DNA of 64,000 bases from Methanobacteriota archaeon (GTDB lineage Archaea; Thermoplasmatota; Poseidoniia; Poseidoniales; Poseidoniaceae), in the NCBI GenBank assembly GCA_002720275.1, contig PBHR01000001.1, forward strand, positions 10,126 to 74,125, in the 5' to 3' direction. This document shows, piece by piece, positions 48,455-59,041 of the stretch (its first letter is position 1; every line of letters begins with the position of its first letter). The notes beneath the pieces were generated by a model that made no database searches, had not been told where the DNA came from, and was given only the letters and a program-made list of their open reading frames with translations. The position numbers and the translations under genes are program-made.

Positions 48455-51349
48455 TTATTCATTCAATAAAACTGCATCTTTAACAAGATCTTCTGATGTA
48501 TCAATTACAGCATCACCTTCAAATTTAATCCAAGTACCTTTTCCAGAAATTCTAGATTTTGTTTCATACCATGCAGTTATTATTGCAGGCAATAGGAATA
48601 CAGAAGTTATGAATGCGAAACCGATTAGTAGAAACATTAGCATGAAGAAATTTTCTAATCCTGGGAATGCTACAAGGAATCCTGCTGAGATTCCTGCCAT
48701 TGTAGTGGCACTTGTTTCGAAAATAGTCTGACCCGTAGATTCTATAGAACGAGCCAAACCACTCGGTGTTTCACCTTCTTCTCTTATTCTTTCAATCATA
48801 TGAATACAATCATCGACACCAATTCCAAAAACAATACTTCCTACCATTGCCGTAAATACATTTACATTCACATCTCCTCCTCTCATCAGCAATGGCTGCC
48901 ATAAAATAACAATCGCAACTGGAATCATTGTTGTAACTCCAATTCTAAAATTTCTAAAAACAATTACAAGAAAAGCAGTTAATACAAATAGTGTAACTAT
49001 TGTTGTTAATGCTTGTGTGTCATGAATTCCTTTGTTAATGTCCAAAGAAACAGGCAAACCTCCTGTTAATTTACTTGTTCCTGTATTAAGTAATATTGAT
49101 TCTTCAGCTAAAATCACATCAATTTCATCTCTGAGTCCGCCTGCTTTAATCAGGTTCATGTATGGTTGTTCAACATATACTAGGGTTTTTGTTTCATTTT
49201 CATTCATTAGCATTGATCTGACTTCTTCACTTAATGTGTCTAAGGAAACATCTACAAGATCACCTCTTAATTCTGCCCTTGATCCTGAATCTAATTGTTC
49301 CATTGCAAATAATGATACGCATAATGGCAACTCTGTAAGGCCTACATTACTGTCTCCATCCCATTCCCAACATTCACTATGTAATATTCCCCATAGGCTA
49401 TCTGTATATACATTATTTCCGTCCAGTCCTATTGTGACATAAATGCTTTTTAGAAACGTGATTAGGCTTGTTGTCGTAGTATTATCTACATTAGAGACTC
49501 TATTTTCAACTAAATTGATAGTATCAAGTACAGGAAGGTCCCTGATTTGAGTTGTTCCATTAAATGAACTTCGTTCTTCTGCAGAAAATATGAACATACT
49601 TGTTTGTCCAGATTGGAATTCAACAGAATAGTTTGCTAATGTCTCAAGAGATCTTATTCCCTCAGGTGCTTCGGAAGAACCAGCAATAGGCTTGCTCAAT
49701 TCTTCTTGCATATACATTAATCCCCATCCAGAAAATAATGCTGTGATGATTAATATTACAGCAAAATACCTTACTGGCATTTTACCGATATTTCTCCAAG
49801 ATGATGGATTTGCTCTTTTATTAAATCTTAGTAACCAAGCTAAAACTGGAACTAAAATACATGAAAAGAGAAGTGTACATAGAATTCCGAGAACAAGAGT
49901 AATCCCTACAGTTCTCATTGGAACAATCGGAACTAACCCACTAATTGTTAAGACTCCAAAACCAATCATTGTAGTAATTGCAGATAAAAGAACCGCTTTA
50001 CCTGTAGTCCCCATTGTTTCCATTACTGCTTCTCTAAACAAATCTGAATCCCAACTATCAGGTAAAATTTCTTCTGGGTTTCCTAACTGTCTAGATTTGT
50101 AATTTCTTTCTTGAATTTCATCTAAAATCCTTCTTTTTGATTCTTCTATTCGATTCACAAGATGTAATGCATAATCAACACCTAAACCCACAAGGATTGG
50201 TCCTGCAGAAATAATCATTGGAGTTAACATGACATCAAACACTACTGTAGAACCTATTGTGACGGCTAAGGCCATTACTATTGGAATTCCTGAAATAAGC
50301 ACAATTTTCCAACTTCTATGTAATAAAGTAACAATTCCGACAACAAAAACCAAACTCCATGGCATTATTTTTGTTAAATCATCATAAACTGCGTCTGAAA
50401 TGTCTTCTAATACTTTAGTTAAACCAGTAAGTGTCATTGTAGTTTGAGAAAATCCTACAGAACTTCTATTGTCTAGTATATTTTGTACATGAACATGTAT
50501 TTCTGAAAAATCTTTGTGATCTGCAGTCGAAAGATCATGTCTTAACCCAATTAAAATAAATGTTGTATCCCAAATTCCATCATCATTAGAGTCATATACC
50601 ATCCCAGATAATGACCCCTCTAACCTAGAAACAATTTCATCAATTCTATCTTGATCAGGAATGCTATAACTTCCCCATGGGCCTTGATCCGTTTCAGTAC
50701 AAGGAATTGAAAGAGGGACTCTTTCTTCTAATCCATGTTCACAAAGTGATTTTACAAATCGCCCATCACTACTATTTGCTTCTTTAATTATTTGTGAAAT
50801 TGATAGAACCCAAACAATGCCATCTTCTTTGCCTCGATCATCTTTTTTGTAATCGAGACCTCTCCTTGTAGAACTTTCTCCAATGTTTTCATCATCACCT
50901 TCGACCCAACTAATTTCTTTCAATATACTTTCGTCAGTTACATTGAGACCTTCATTTTCATATTTTGCATTACTTGTTTGAATATATATTAGAGAGATGT
51001 CTGTAGACCATTGTTCTCTAACTTCTAGTAGAAGATCGGTTGATTCAGCACCTTCAGGTAGATAGATTTCAACATCTCCAACAATTTGTTCTTCGAAATC
51101 TTTTGCAGAATATGCAAACCACCCCGTAATTAGTATCATGAATGCAAGCGTTACTACTGGAGCTGCAAGAACAGTTTTGTAAGTTTTATCTAGATTTTCA
51201 GTTACTTTCTCTCCAACTTTTTCAATTACTTGATCTATATTTTTATTTGCGACATTTATTTTTCCAGTGCCATAGTTCATGGCTTTTTTATATATGCTAT
51301 TTGAACTATCTTTACTTGTCACATTCACCCCGAGTCGAGTCAATACCAT
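48455..51349 (-). CDS. RND/MMPL-family transporter (archaeal HAE3-like)
   Basis: Two-repeat 12-TM layout with large loops; GLGVDYALH and GIGVDDCIH. Confidence 0.92.
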   Translation of the reverse strand: MVLTRLGVNVTSKDSSNSIYKKAMNYGTGKINVANKNIDQVIEKVGEKVTENLDKTYKTVLAAPVVTLAFMILITGWFAYSAKDFEEQIVGDVEIYLPEGAESTDLLLEVREQWSTDISLIYIQTSNAKYENEGLNVTDESILKEISWVEGDDENIGESSTRRGLDYKKDDRGKEDGIVWVLSISQIIKEANSSDGRFVKSLCEHGLEERVPLSIPCTETDQGPWGSYSIPDQDRIDEIVSRLEGSLSGMVYDSNDDGIWDTTFILIGLRHDLSTADHKDFSEIHVHVQNILDNRSSVGFSQTTMTLTGLTKVLEDISDAVYDDLTKIMPWSLVFVVGIVTLLHRSWKIVLISGIPIVMALAVTIGSTVVFDVMLTPMIISAGPILVGLGVDYALHLVNRIEESKRRILDEIQERNYKSRQLGNPEEILPDSWDSDLFREAVMETMGTTGKAVLLSAITTMIGFGVLTISGLVPIVPMRTVGITLVLGILCTLLFSCILVPVLAWLLRFNKRANPSSWRNIGKMPVRYFAVILIITALFSGWGLMYMQEELSKPIAGSSEAPEGIRSLETLANYSVEFQSGQTSMFIFSAEERSSFNGTTQIRDLPVLDTINLVENRVSNVDNTTTTSLITFLKSIYVTIGLDGNNVYTDSLWGILHSECWEWDGDSNVGLTELPLCVSLFAMEQLDSGSRAELRGDLVDVSLDTLSEEVRSMLMNENETKTLVYVEQPYMNLIKAGGLRDEIDVILAEESILLNTGTSKLTGGLPVSLDINKGIHDTQALTTIVTLFVLTAFLVIVFRNFRIGVTTMIPVAIVILWQPLLMRGGDVNVNVFTAMVGSIVFGIGVDDCIHMIERIREEGETPSGLARSIESTGQTIFETSATTMAGISAGFLVAFPGLENFFMLMFLLIGFAFITSVFLLPAIITAWYETKSRISGKGTWIKFEGDAVIDTSEDLVKDAVLLNE

Positions 51350-51374
51350 GAATTAAACCCATGAAAATTGATAA

Positions 51375-52301
51375 TTATTGTTGAATTGAATCTTTGAGTA
51401 CTTTACGTGCATATTGTAATACTATTCCAGAGACTAATAGCGGGATTCCAAGAGCCCCAATCCAAACAAAGGTTACTCCTGGGCCTACAGTGACTCCAGT
51501 CCATTCAGAAACATGATTTATGGTCCTTAAACCAAACAAAGCCCCAATTGTTACCATTATTAATCCAGGTAATCCAAATACTAAGAATGGTTTTTTCTGG
51601 GACAGTGTCGATAATGCGTAACTAAATACAGAAATTCCATGGGGGATTGGGTGTAAACTGGATGTGTTCTTTAAATCATATCTAATTGTTGTAGGGACTT
51701 CAAGAATTCTTAACCCTTTTTCTGAAATAGATTCTAGAATTTCTAATGATGATTTCATCCCTTCGTTTTCAAATCTAACTGCATTTATTGCTGCTTTGTT
51801 AAATGCTCTGTAGCCAGATTGTGTGTCTCTTATATGCTGTTTTGAGTGTAATTTACTTACTGTATTTATTAAATTTAAACCAAATTTTCGGTATGTGGGC
51901 ATGTCCTTACTTTTTCCCCCACTAACAAATCTTGAGCCAATTACTAGGTCTGCTTTATTTTCTGATAATGGTTTAATCATTTTTGGTAAATCTCCAGGAT
52001 CATGTTGCCCATCACTATCAATTAGAACAACAATTGATGCATTTTTTTCTTTTGCATAACTAAAAAAAGTCTTGGCAACTCCACCAACTCCACGATTTTT
52101 TTCGTGTGAGATTACTGTTGCACCAGCATCTTTTGAAATTTCTGCGGATTTATCGGATGAACAATCATCTATGCAGACTACTTCATCTGCATATTCTAAG
52201 CATGAAAGAATAATTGATGCAATAGTTTCCTCTGAATTATAGAGAGGTATTCCAATAATGACATAATCGTCAATTGGTTTTTTTCCCTCATCACCTTGCA
52301 T
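51375..52301 (-). CDS. GT2 glycosyltransferase (DPM1-like) with two C-terminal TMs
   Basis: IPLYNSE, IDDCSSD, IDSDGQHDP, VIGSRF, DTQSGYRA. Confidence 0.93.
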   Translation of the reverse strand: MQGDEGKKPIDDYVIIGIPLYNSEETIASIILSCLEYADEVVCIDDCSSDKSAEISKDAGATVISHEKNRGVGGVAKTFFSYAKEKNASIVVLIDSDGQHDPGDLPKMIKPLSENKADLVIGSRFVSGGKSKDMPTYRKFGLNLINTVSKLHSKQHIRDTQSGYRAFNKAAINAVRFENEGMKSSLEILESISEKGLRILEVPTTIRYDLKNTSSLHPIPHGISVFSYALSTLSQKKPFLVFGLPGLIMVTIGALFGLRTINHVSEWTGVTVGPGVTFVWIGALGIPLLVSGIVLQYARKVLKDSIQQ

Positions 52302-52415
52302 TATTGCTTGCAATGCTAATTTGTATTTGGTCTTGCCTAATGTATTTATGAAAAACATTTGTTTGTAGTTGTCAGTAAATATATTCAAAACAGAATGAGT
52401 ACTCCGAAATGCATA

Positions 52416-53369
52416 ATGAGCCGTATACTTGTAACTGGAGGTGCTGGATTTATTGGGTCACATTTAGTTGATGAATTGATTAAAGGTGGAAATGAAGTTG
52501 TTGTTTATGATAATTTTTCTAGCGGAAGGAAAGAATTCTTAGAGAATTCCCTTTCAACAGGTAATGTTGAATTAGTAACTGGAGATTTATTAAATTTGGA
52601 AATGTTAACTAAGGCAATGGAAGGAATAGATTTAGTGTATCATTTAGCAGCTAATCCTGATATTCGTTTGGGCACTTCTGTTACAGATACAGACCTTAAA
52701 CAAGGAACAATTGCAACATATAATGTTTTAGAATCAATGAGAAAAAATGGATGTAAGAATATCGCTTTTTCTTCCTCGTCAGTTGTTTATGGCGAGGCTA
52801 AATTAATGCCAACTCCTGAAGATTACGGCCCTCTATTTCCAATAAGTTTGTATGGCGCATCAAAATTAGGTTCAGAGGGTTTAATTAGTGCATGGGTTGG
52901 AACTTTTGGAATTAAGGCCTGGATCTTTAGATTTGCAAATATAATAGGAACTAGAGGGACTCATGGTGTTATTTTTGATTTTATCCATAAGTTGAAAAAA
53001 GACTCAAGTAGGTTAGAAGTTTTAGGAAATGGGTTACAAGAAAAGTCATATATGGAAGTAATTGACTGTTCTAGAGCAATGATTCACGTGGTGAACAATT
53101 TTGATGAACAGCTAAATTATGTAAATCTTGGCTCCTCTAATACTTGTTCAGTCAGTAGAATTGCTCAACTTGTAATTGAAGAATCTGGATTTTCAGAAGT
53201 AAGTATTGAATTTACAGGTGGAGATAGAGGATGGGCAGGAGATGTTCCAAAAGCAATGTTGGACGTTAAAAAATTAAATGATAGTGGTTTTAAATGTGAA
53301 TTTCAGAGCGATGAGGCTGTAAGGTTCACTGCTAAATCATTAATTAAAGAAATCGGGTTAGGTGTTTAA
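52416..53369 (+). CDS. NAD-dependent nucleotide-sugar epimerase/dehydratase (extended SDR)
   Basis: TGGAGFIGSH, HLAA, SSSSVVYG, YGASK. Confidence 0.93.
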   Translation: MSRILVTGGAGFIGSHLVDELIKGGNEVVVYDNFSSGRKEFLENSLSTGNVELVTGDLLNLEMLTKAMEGIDLVYHLAANPDIRLGTSVTDTDLKQGTIATYNVLESMRKNGCKNIAFSSSSVVYGEAKLMPTPEDYGPLFPISLYGASKLGSEGLISAWVGTFGIKAWIFRFANIIGTRGTHGVIFDFIHKLKKDSSRLEVLGNGLQEKSYMEVIDCSRAMIHVVNNFDEQLNYVNLGSSNTCSVSRIAQLVIEESGFSEVSIEFTGGDRGWAGDVPKAMLDVKKLNDSGFKCEFQSDEAVRFTAKSLIKEIGLGV

Positions 53370-54096
53370 ATTGAGGACCAGTCGTATAGAAAGAAATGAG
53401 TCTGGTGCAGAATGGATGCCTGCAGCAATATTCATGGTAGGTCTTTTGATTGTATCATTTATTTTTGTTTATGCCAATACTAATGGGGTAAAAACAGGGA
53501 TTGAAAAAGGAGATATGGCGCCTGATTTTACGGCCTTAGCTCACCTTCCTGGAAATGACACTTCGGATTGGTTTTCTTATCGCTTGTATGAAAATTTAGA
53601 TTTTAATTGGTCAGGAAATCATTCAGAAGGCGTATTTACAATAATAGAATTTTTAGATACAGATTGCCCTTATTGTTGGGACACTGCTCATAAATTAAGT
53701 TCTTTAGATAGTCAGTTGACTGATTATGGTGTAAGGAATAGAGTACAGTTTGTAATAATCGCCGTTCAATTGCCAATCCCTGGTCATGTTTCATCTATAG
53801 AAGAAATAGTAGCATTCCAAGAAAAACTTCCACACCCCGGGTGTAAAAGTGATGGTGCAGATTGCTCAACTCGACCCGGAGAGGTTCACCCAGGTGTATA
53901 TATTGATGATACTAGCAATGAAATTTTTGAGATATTTGGCCCTAGAGGAACCCCTCATTATATGATTTTAAAACCAAATGGAATTGTTGGTTGGAATGGA
54001 ATGACAGATTCATTAGATGAGATCGGTATTGAATTAGCAAATCTAATTTGTAAAGATGGCGGAGAAAACCAATTGTGTAATGAGATAAATGGGTGA
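53362..54096 (+). CDS. Membrane-anchored redoxin (TlpA/AhpC-like thioredoxin fold)
   Basis: TM, GDMAPDFT, DTDCPYC, GTPHY. Confidence 0.82.
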   Translation: MFKLRTSRIERNESGAEWMPAAIFMVGLLIVSFIFVYANTNGVKTGIEKGDMAPDFTALAHLPGNDTSDWFSYRLYENLDFNWSGNHSEGVFTIIEFLDTDCPYCWDTAHKLSSLDSQLTDYGVRNRVQFVIIAVQLPIPGHVSSIEEIVAFQEKLPHPGCKSDGADCSTRPGEVHPGVYIDDTSNEIFEIFGPRGTPHYMILKPNGIVGWNGMTDSLDEIGIELANLICKDGGENQLCNEING

Positions 54097-54686
54097 ATGA
54101 AATGGACTGGCCTCTCTATCTTTATCTTCTTTTTATCTTTTCGGGATTCTTTCTTACAACTCCATTTGGTAAAAAATTCTCTTCAAAATTTAATAATGAC
54201 CAATCAAGGATTATTTCGGGATCATTAATTTTAGCTTTTGGAGGATATTTAGTTAGTACTCATACCTATTATATTCACGAAAAGTTACATGAAGTAGGTG
54301 GAAATTCTGGTTGCTCAGCATTTAGTGTATTTAATTGCGGGGATGTAATTTCTAATGGGTCTTACAACACTGACCCGTTTTTTGGAATTCCATGGGGAGT
54401 TCTAGGAATGTTATCCTTTGCAACAATGTTGTTTATTCTTTTAGTTTTGAGAAATTCACCAGAAGATCCAAAAATTGTTAATTGGATAAATGCCCTATTT
54501 GTAATTCCTGCTTTGGGTATGTTGCCAATCTTATGGCTTATTTATGTTGAAATTTTTAAATTAGGTGTATTTTGTCAATACTGTACTGCTGCTCATATCG
54601 CTAATTTATTTCTTTTAATCTCTTCATATATGATTTATGATCTTCACCACTCAGGTTCTTGGGAAAAAAATAAAAATAGTGATTAA
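54093..54686 (+). CDS. Vitamin K epoxide reductase (VKOR) family protein
   Basis: Loop C-x6-C (CSAFSVFNC), FFGIPWGVLG, active-site CQYCTAAH. Confidence 0.9.
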   Translation: MNEMDWPLYLYLLFIFSGFFLTTPFGKKFSSKFNNDQSRIISGSLILAFGGYLVSTHTYYIHEKLHEVGGNSGCSAFSVFNCGDVISNGSYNTDPFFGIPWGVLGMLSFATMLFILLVLRNSPEDPKIVNWINALFVIPALGMLPILWLIYVEIFKLGVFCQYCTAAHIANLFLLISSYMIYDLHHSGSWEKNKNSD

Positions 54687-54690
54687 TAGT

Positions 54691-54963
54691 TCATGGTGTA
54701 TATTCTTCATGGGTGTTGAATAAATCTATTTCAGCATTATTTTGGACAATTTCTAGCATTAATATTGTGACTTCAATTCTAGCTTCAGAAGGGTATCTTT
54801 CCCTTAGGTGCGAAAAAAGTTTAATTTGAACTTCTTTAATGTCAATTGCTTCAATTACATCAAGATGATGTTCTGATCCATTGCTGGATTCTACTGTATA
54901 TTCTATTAACCATTCATTTAGTATTGGCCATGTTAAACTCTTTTGCTCCAGACGCTCCTTCAT
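54691..54963 (-). CDS. Hypothetical protein
   Basis: 90-aa ORF filling the gap, with plausible composition. Confidence 0.6.
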   Translation of the reverse strand: MKERLEQKSLTWPILNEWLIEYTVESSNGSEHHLDVIEAIDIKEVQIKLFSHLRERYPSEARIEVTILMLEIVQNNAEIDLFNTHEEYTP

Positions 54964-55034
54964 GTTATGTTTACTAGCATACTAGCACATAATACATTCG
55001 CATTAAAACATCATTTTTTATTGATTTTTCAAGC

Positions 55035-55979
55035 TTATTCATTTTCTTCATTTTTTGGATCAGAATTTATTTTTCCTAATGCAGCAAAGACACCTAAAGA
55101 AAAAATCATTATGAATATTGAAATGTAAAGAATATTCTCTTCTTTGGAAAGATCACCTTGGACAATTTTTACAGCACCTAAAACAGAGGTAATATTTTCA
55201 TTTTGTATTTCGTGAGTCGCTAAAAAGCCAAAATTTTCAAAATTCACATTTCCTTTAATGTTATGTGTTGCTAAAATTATTGTTTTATTTTCCGATTGAT
55301 TTGTAATAAAATCCCATTCATTATTTCCTGAAATTATTGTTTTATTCATTAAATCTATACTAATCATCTCTATTAAAACATTATCAAATTTATTCAATTC
55401 GCCAATATGATTGTTTGAAACAACCTCATTTTCAGTAATCATGATATTTGCAGAGCCTGTTAATTCCGAATCAAGGTGCATCTCAAAGTGTATTGAATTA
55501 TTTATTCTTTTAGCAGAAAAATAAATTTCTGTAAAATTTGATTTTTTACTTTGTGTTTGCATTATTTTTGAATTAAGCATGTTTATTTCATTTGCACCTT
55601 CCATTGCCATTTTTCCATCTAATAGGAATGTTGGGGCTTGTATTGAAGGAGAATTATTGAAAAGTTGATTTATTCTTTTTGAACTAGCATAATTTCCAAG
55701 ATCATCAACTCCATCAGCAGGGTGAAGTGCGATTAAGGCAACTCTTTCATTATGCATTAATGCTAAATCTTTAATCTCTGGGTCTATTTCAGCACACACT
55801 TGGCACCATGTTGCTGTGTATTCATCTAAAATTATAGTTGAACCCCCAGTGGTTTCAATTCCTTTAACTAGTTCTTTTGAGAAGGATTCAGAATTAATTA
55901 TGGTACCATTTAATGTAAATATTATTAAAATAAATATTGAAATTAATGCCTTGTTGTTATTTCCCATCATCCGCTTCAA
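55035..55979 (-). CDS. Secreted, membrane-anchored thioredoxin-fold protein (Omp28-like)
   Basis: Signal peptide, EYTATWCQVC, ALH, APTFLLDG, MITENEV, C-terminal TM. Confidence 0.78.
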   Translation of the reverse strand: MKRMMGNNNKALISIFILIIFTLNGTIINSESFSKELVKGIETTGGSTIILDEYTATWCQVCAEIDPEIKDLALMHNERVALIALHPADGVDDLGNYASSKRINQLFNNSPSIQAPTFLLDGKMAMEGANEINMLNSKIMQTQSKKSNFTEIYFSAKRINNSIHFEMHLDSELTGSANIMITENEVVSNNHIGELNKFDNVLIEMISIDLMNKTIISGNNEWDFITNQSENKTIILATHNIKGNVNFENFGFLATHEIQNENITSVLGAVKIVQGDLSKEENILYISIFIMIFSLGVFAALGKINSDPKNEENE

Positions 55980-56031
55980 TATGTCCCAAACATTACGGGT
56001 CTTTTATTCGCTTGTCTAACTTCGGAAAGAT

Positions 56032-56748
56032 ATGGCGGACAGATGGGCAGATTCTCATAGGCGTGATGCTTGGAGAAAAAAGGCTAAAAATTCTGGTTAT
56101 CGGGCGAGGTCTGCATTTAAGTTATTACAAATTCAAGAGAAATTTAATGTCATTCGGGAGGGTGATTTGGTTTTGGATGTGGGTGCACATCCCGGCGGTT
56201 GGTCACAGGTTTCAGTTGAATGTGTAGGAGAGAACGGAAAAGTTGTAGGTGTTGATTTAGAACCCTGTGAACCAATTGAATTTTGTACATTTATAGTTGG
56301 AGATATTACTGTTGATGAAACACAAAGCAAGGTTATTGAAGCTTTTTCTGATTCTATGATTAATTCGATTGTTTCAGATATTTCTCCTAACCTTACAGGG
56401 AACTGGTCCAGAGATCAAATAATCTCAATGCAATTAGTTGCTTCAGTTTTTGACTTTTCTTTGCCTTTACTTTGCCCAGGTGGGAATTTTGTGACAAAAA
56501 TATTTCAGGGTGAGGGGATTGAAAATTTAATTAATTTAATTAAACCCCGATTTTCTACAGTAAAAAGGTATTCTCCAGATGCGAGTAGAAATAGTTCATC
56601 TGAAGTATATTTGATATGTAAAAATCATTTGCCTTGGAAAAATAAAGCTACATCCATACTTTCTGACTTGAATTCATTTTATGAAGGTAAAAAAGAAGAT
56701 GAAACAGAAAAAACTGCTATGGGTTTTAGATTACACAAAGCAAAATAA
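56032..56748 (+). CDS. rlmE: 23S rRNA (U2552-2'-O) methyltransferase
   Basis: GYRARSAFKL, LDVGAHPGGWSQ, SDISPN, FVTKIFQG, ASRNSSSEVY. Confidence 0.95.
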   Translation: MADRWADSHRRDAWRKKAKNSGYRARSAFKLLQIQEKFNVIREGDLVLDVGAHPGGWSQVSVECVGENGKVVGVDLEPCEPIEFCTFIVGDITVDETQSKVIEAFSDSMINSIVSDISPNLTGNWSRDQIISMQLVASVFDFSLPLLCPGGNFVTKIFQGEGIENLINLIKPRFSTVKRYSPDASRNSSSEVYLICKNHLPWKNKATSILSDLNSFYEGKKEDETEKTAMGFRLHKAK

Positions 56749-56797
56749 ATCCCTATATGCTCATATAGTGGAAGTAAGTCGGCGCTTCGAAGATACT

Positions 56798-56965
56798 ATG
56801 GCAAAGAGAGCAGATGTGTGTAATTCCTCAGGAGTCCCATTAGTAGAACCAAATTCAACTTCATTTCCATGTCCAGAGTGTGGGACACATATTGGAAGGA
56901 GTCCTATCTGTAGGAATCAAGGTGTAACTTACATCTGCCCTAGTTGCGGTTTCACGGGTCCTTGA
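56798..56965 (+). CDS. HVO_2753/DUF1610 zinc finger protein
   Basis: CNSSG..FPCPECG..IGR..CR..YICPSCGFTGP; precedes aEF-1beta as is usual. Confidence 0.9.
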   Translation: MAKRADVCNSSGVPLVEPNSTSFPCPECGTHIGRSPICRNQGVTYICPSCGFTGP

Positions 56966-56974
56966 GGTGTTAAA

Positions 56975-57247
56975 ATGGGTGAGGTTGCTGTACAATATAA
57001 GATAATGCCTGATCCTGATATTGAGGTAAATGTAGATGATTTGATGAATCTTTTACAGAACTTAGATGAATCACTTGGAAAAGTTCATAATGTTGAGAAA
57101 AAGCCTTTGGCGTTTGGTTTGATGTTCATAGAATTACATGCAGTAATTGAGGATGCTGAAGGACTTATTGACAAATTCGAAGCAGAAATGAGTAGTATTG
57201 AAGGTGTTGGTGAAATAGAAGTTCTTGGTATGGGAAGGCTTCTTTGA
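56975..57247 (+). CDS. ef1b: Translation elongation factor aEF-1beta
   Basis: MGEVAVQYKIMP, PLAFGL, IEGV. Confidence 0.93.
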   Translation: MGEVAVQYKIMPDPDIEVNVDDLMNLLQNLDESLGKVHNVEKKPLAFGLMFIELHAVIEDAEGLIDKFEAEMSSIEGVGEIEVLGMGRLL

Positions 57248-57250
57248 TTT

Positions 57251-58654
57251 CTAATAGTGGTTTATTGGTGATCTCATAATTTCTCTTAGGAATACTGTAG
57301 CATAAGATCCAGGCGGAAGATCAAATTTAAATTTAATTGAAGCACCTTCGGGATTCCATCTATCACCTTTTTGTGGCCCTTCGTCCCAAATTTTAGATTC
57401 CTCATTATCTACTTCTTTTGAGCAAACCTCAATTGTAAGGTTTGAATATGTACTTGTTAATGCTCTTCGAGATCCTGAAGATGACAAACGGGGTATTTTT
57501 TCAATTTGCCAACTATCTTTGCTGTAGTTCATTTCTGAAATTATTTCACGTTCAAGTTTTCCAGATTCACCTTCGGCAAGAATTTCAGAAAAGCCCGGCA
57601 GAGGTCCTGTGACTGCCAACCGGCCTAATTTACAGTTATGCTCGATTCTATTTTTCGAATCTTTTTCAACAATTGTTAACGTCTTTAGATCCACATTTCT
57701 TTTTTCTGTTAAATGACCTACTATGTCCCCCTTTAATGGTTTGTTTAAAGATAAATTTGATTTGATTCTCAAGGCCAAATATTTATTGAAAATCTTTGAT
57801 TGTACGGCATGTATAAACATTAATTGTAAATTGTTTGGTAATGTCTTAAATGCTGAAATGTGATTATTTGTTTTTTTTAAATCAAGTAAGATCCTTTTTT
57901 CATAATTCAACCTATTAGGTATTATTTCTAAACATTTTTCAATGTCCTTTGAATCATTCCATAATTTTCTGAATTTAGATACTTCGTCGTTTTCAAATTG
58001 ACTAACCATGCCGATGTAAGTATCAACTGCCTTTCTAAAATCGTTTTCAATTATGTTTTTCCCAACTTCGGCAGTAACTGCTCTTACTCCTCCAAATCTT
58101 TGGGGGCCTATCCAATTTGGAAATATTCCCTTACCTAATTTTTCTTCCATTTTTGAAATGATAGAATTAATGTTTTTCATTGCTTCATCATCTGCCATGG
58201 GACTTCCATCAATTTTTGCACAACCGCGTACAATTACTGTGAATTTATTTGATTGATGATCTCCAAATTTCAATTTTTGATGTGTTCTTCCAATGTATGA
58301 TATTTTAACATCATTTAATTCAACTCTTTCAATTTTATTAATTGGAGCATCTACAATCATTAATTGAGTAGTTACCGCTCTTTTATCTTTTGTTCCTGAA
58401 AACCAAATCCTATTTCTTGATATTTTGAGTTCTCTAGCAAATCTGTTTATGAATCTATTTGTTTCCCAATTTCTAAGTGTTACTTCAATTACTGAAAATC
58501 TTCCTTTGGAGTCTAATCCAATTTTTTTGAACGATTCTTCAACTCTAAAATCAGATATTTTTACTTTAATTATTCCGCCAATGCCTTCATTTTCGACAGT
58601 GTATGTGTCTAGGCCGACCTTTCTTTCAATATCTGAAATTGTGGCTGTTGCCAC
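57251..58654 (-). CDS. truD: tRNA pseudouridine(13) synthase
   Basis: DFRVEE, GTKDKRAVT, GPQRFG, FDLPPGSYAT. Confidence 0.95.
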   Translation of the reverse strand: MATATISDIERKVGLDTYTVENEGIGGIIKVKISDFRVEESFKKIGLDSKGRFSVIEVTLRNWETNRFINRFARELKISRNRIWFSGTKDKRAVTTQLMIVDAPINKIERVELNDVKISYIGRTHQKLKFGDHQSNKFTVIVRGCAKIDGSPMADDEAMKNINSIISKMEEKLGKGIFPNWIGPQRFGGVRAVTAEVGKNIIENDFRKAVDTYIGMVSQFENDEVSKFRKLWNDSKDIEKCLEIIPNRLNYEKRILLDLKKTNNHISAFKTLPNNLQLMFIHAVQSKIFNKYLALRIKSNLSLNKPLKGDIVGHLTEKRNVDLKTLTIVEKDSKNRIEHNCKLGRLAVTGPLPGFSEILAEGESGKLEREIISEMNYSKDSWQIEKIPRLSSSGSRRALTSTYSNLTIEVCSKEVDNEESKIWDEGPQKGDRWNPEGASIKFKFDLPPGSYATVFLREIMRSPINHY

Positions 58655-58658
58655 AGAA

Positions 58659-58922
58659 TCACTCCTTAAGAGTGATTGAACCGAATTCTTTTGATATGTC
58701 TTTACAAACGTCTTGAATTAATTTTACAGGATTTGTTTTACCCTTGGTTCTGATGTATAGTTCCGGGTCATCTAATTCCGGATGGCCTGGGAAGAAGTTT
58801 ACATATTCAACAGACTTATTATCGTCAAGTTTAGCCCGAAATAATTCTAGTGAAGTGTGGCTTTCACCTTCAAATCTTAGTTTCAATTCATTCCCTTCTT
58901 TTTGTAGGACCTTTATTGGCAT
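58659..58922 (-). CDS. rpoL: RNA polymerase subunit Rpo11
   Basis: GESHT, HPELDDPELYIRT. Confidence 0.9.
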   Translation of the reverse strand: MPIKVLQKEGNELKLRFEGESHTSLELFRAKLDDNKSVEYVNFFPGHPELDDPELYIRTKGKTNPVKLIQDVCKDISKEFGSITLKE

Positions 58923-59041
58923 GGAAATCGAGTCTGCGAGAAGAGTCTCTTTATTGAACCTTTGGAGTGATATTATTTTTTAGTTATAGACTCTATTGCT
59001 TATGAAAGATAACTTCTGCCAATTACAAGGGCGGGGATGGA

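Noticed and set aside
53362..53460. Class III (prepilin-like) signal peptide on the redoxin (RNESG^AEW)
   Set aside because: The -2 residue and the residues after the putative cleavage site do not fit the consensus well; a simple TM anchor explains it.
56764..56800. Hairpin covering the start codon of the HVO_2753-like gene
   Set aside because: Pairing is weak, and a TATA-like element just upstream implies the 5' arm is probably not transcribed.
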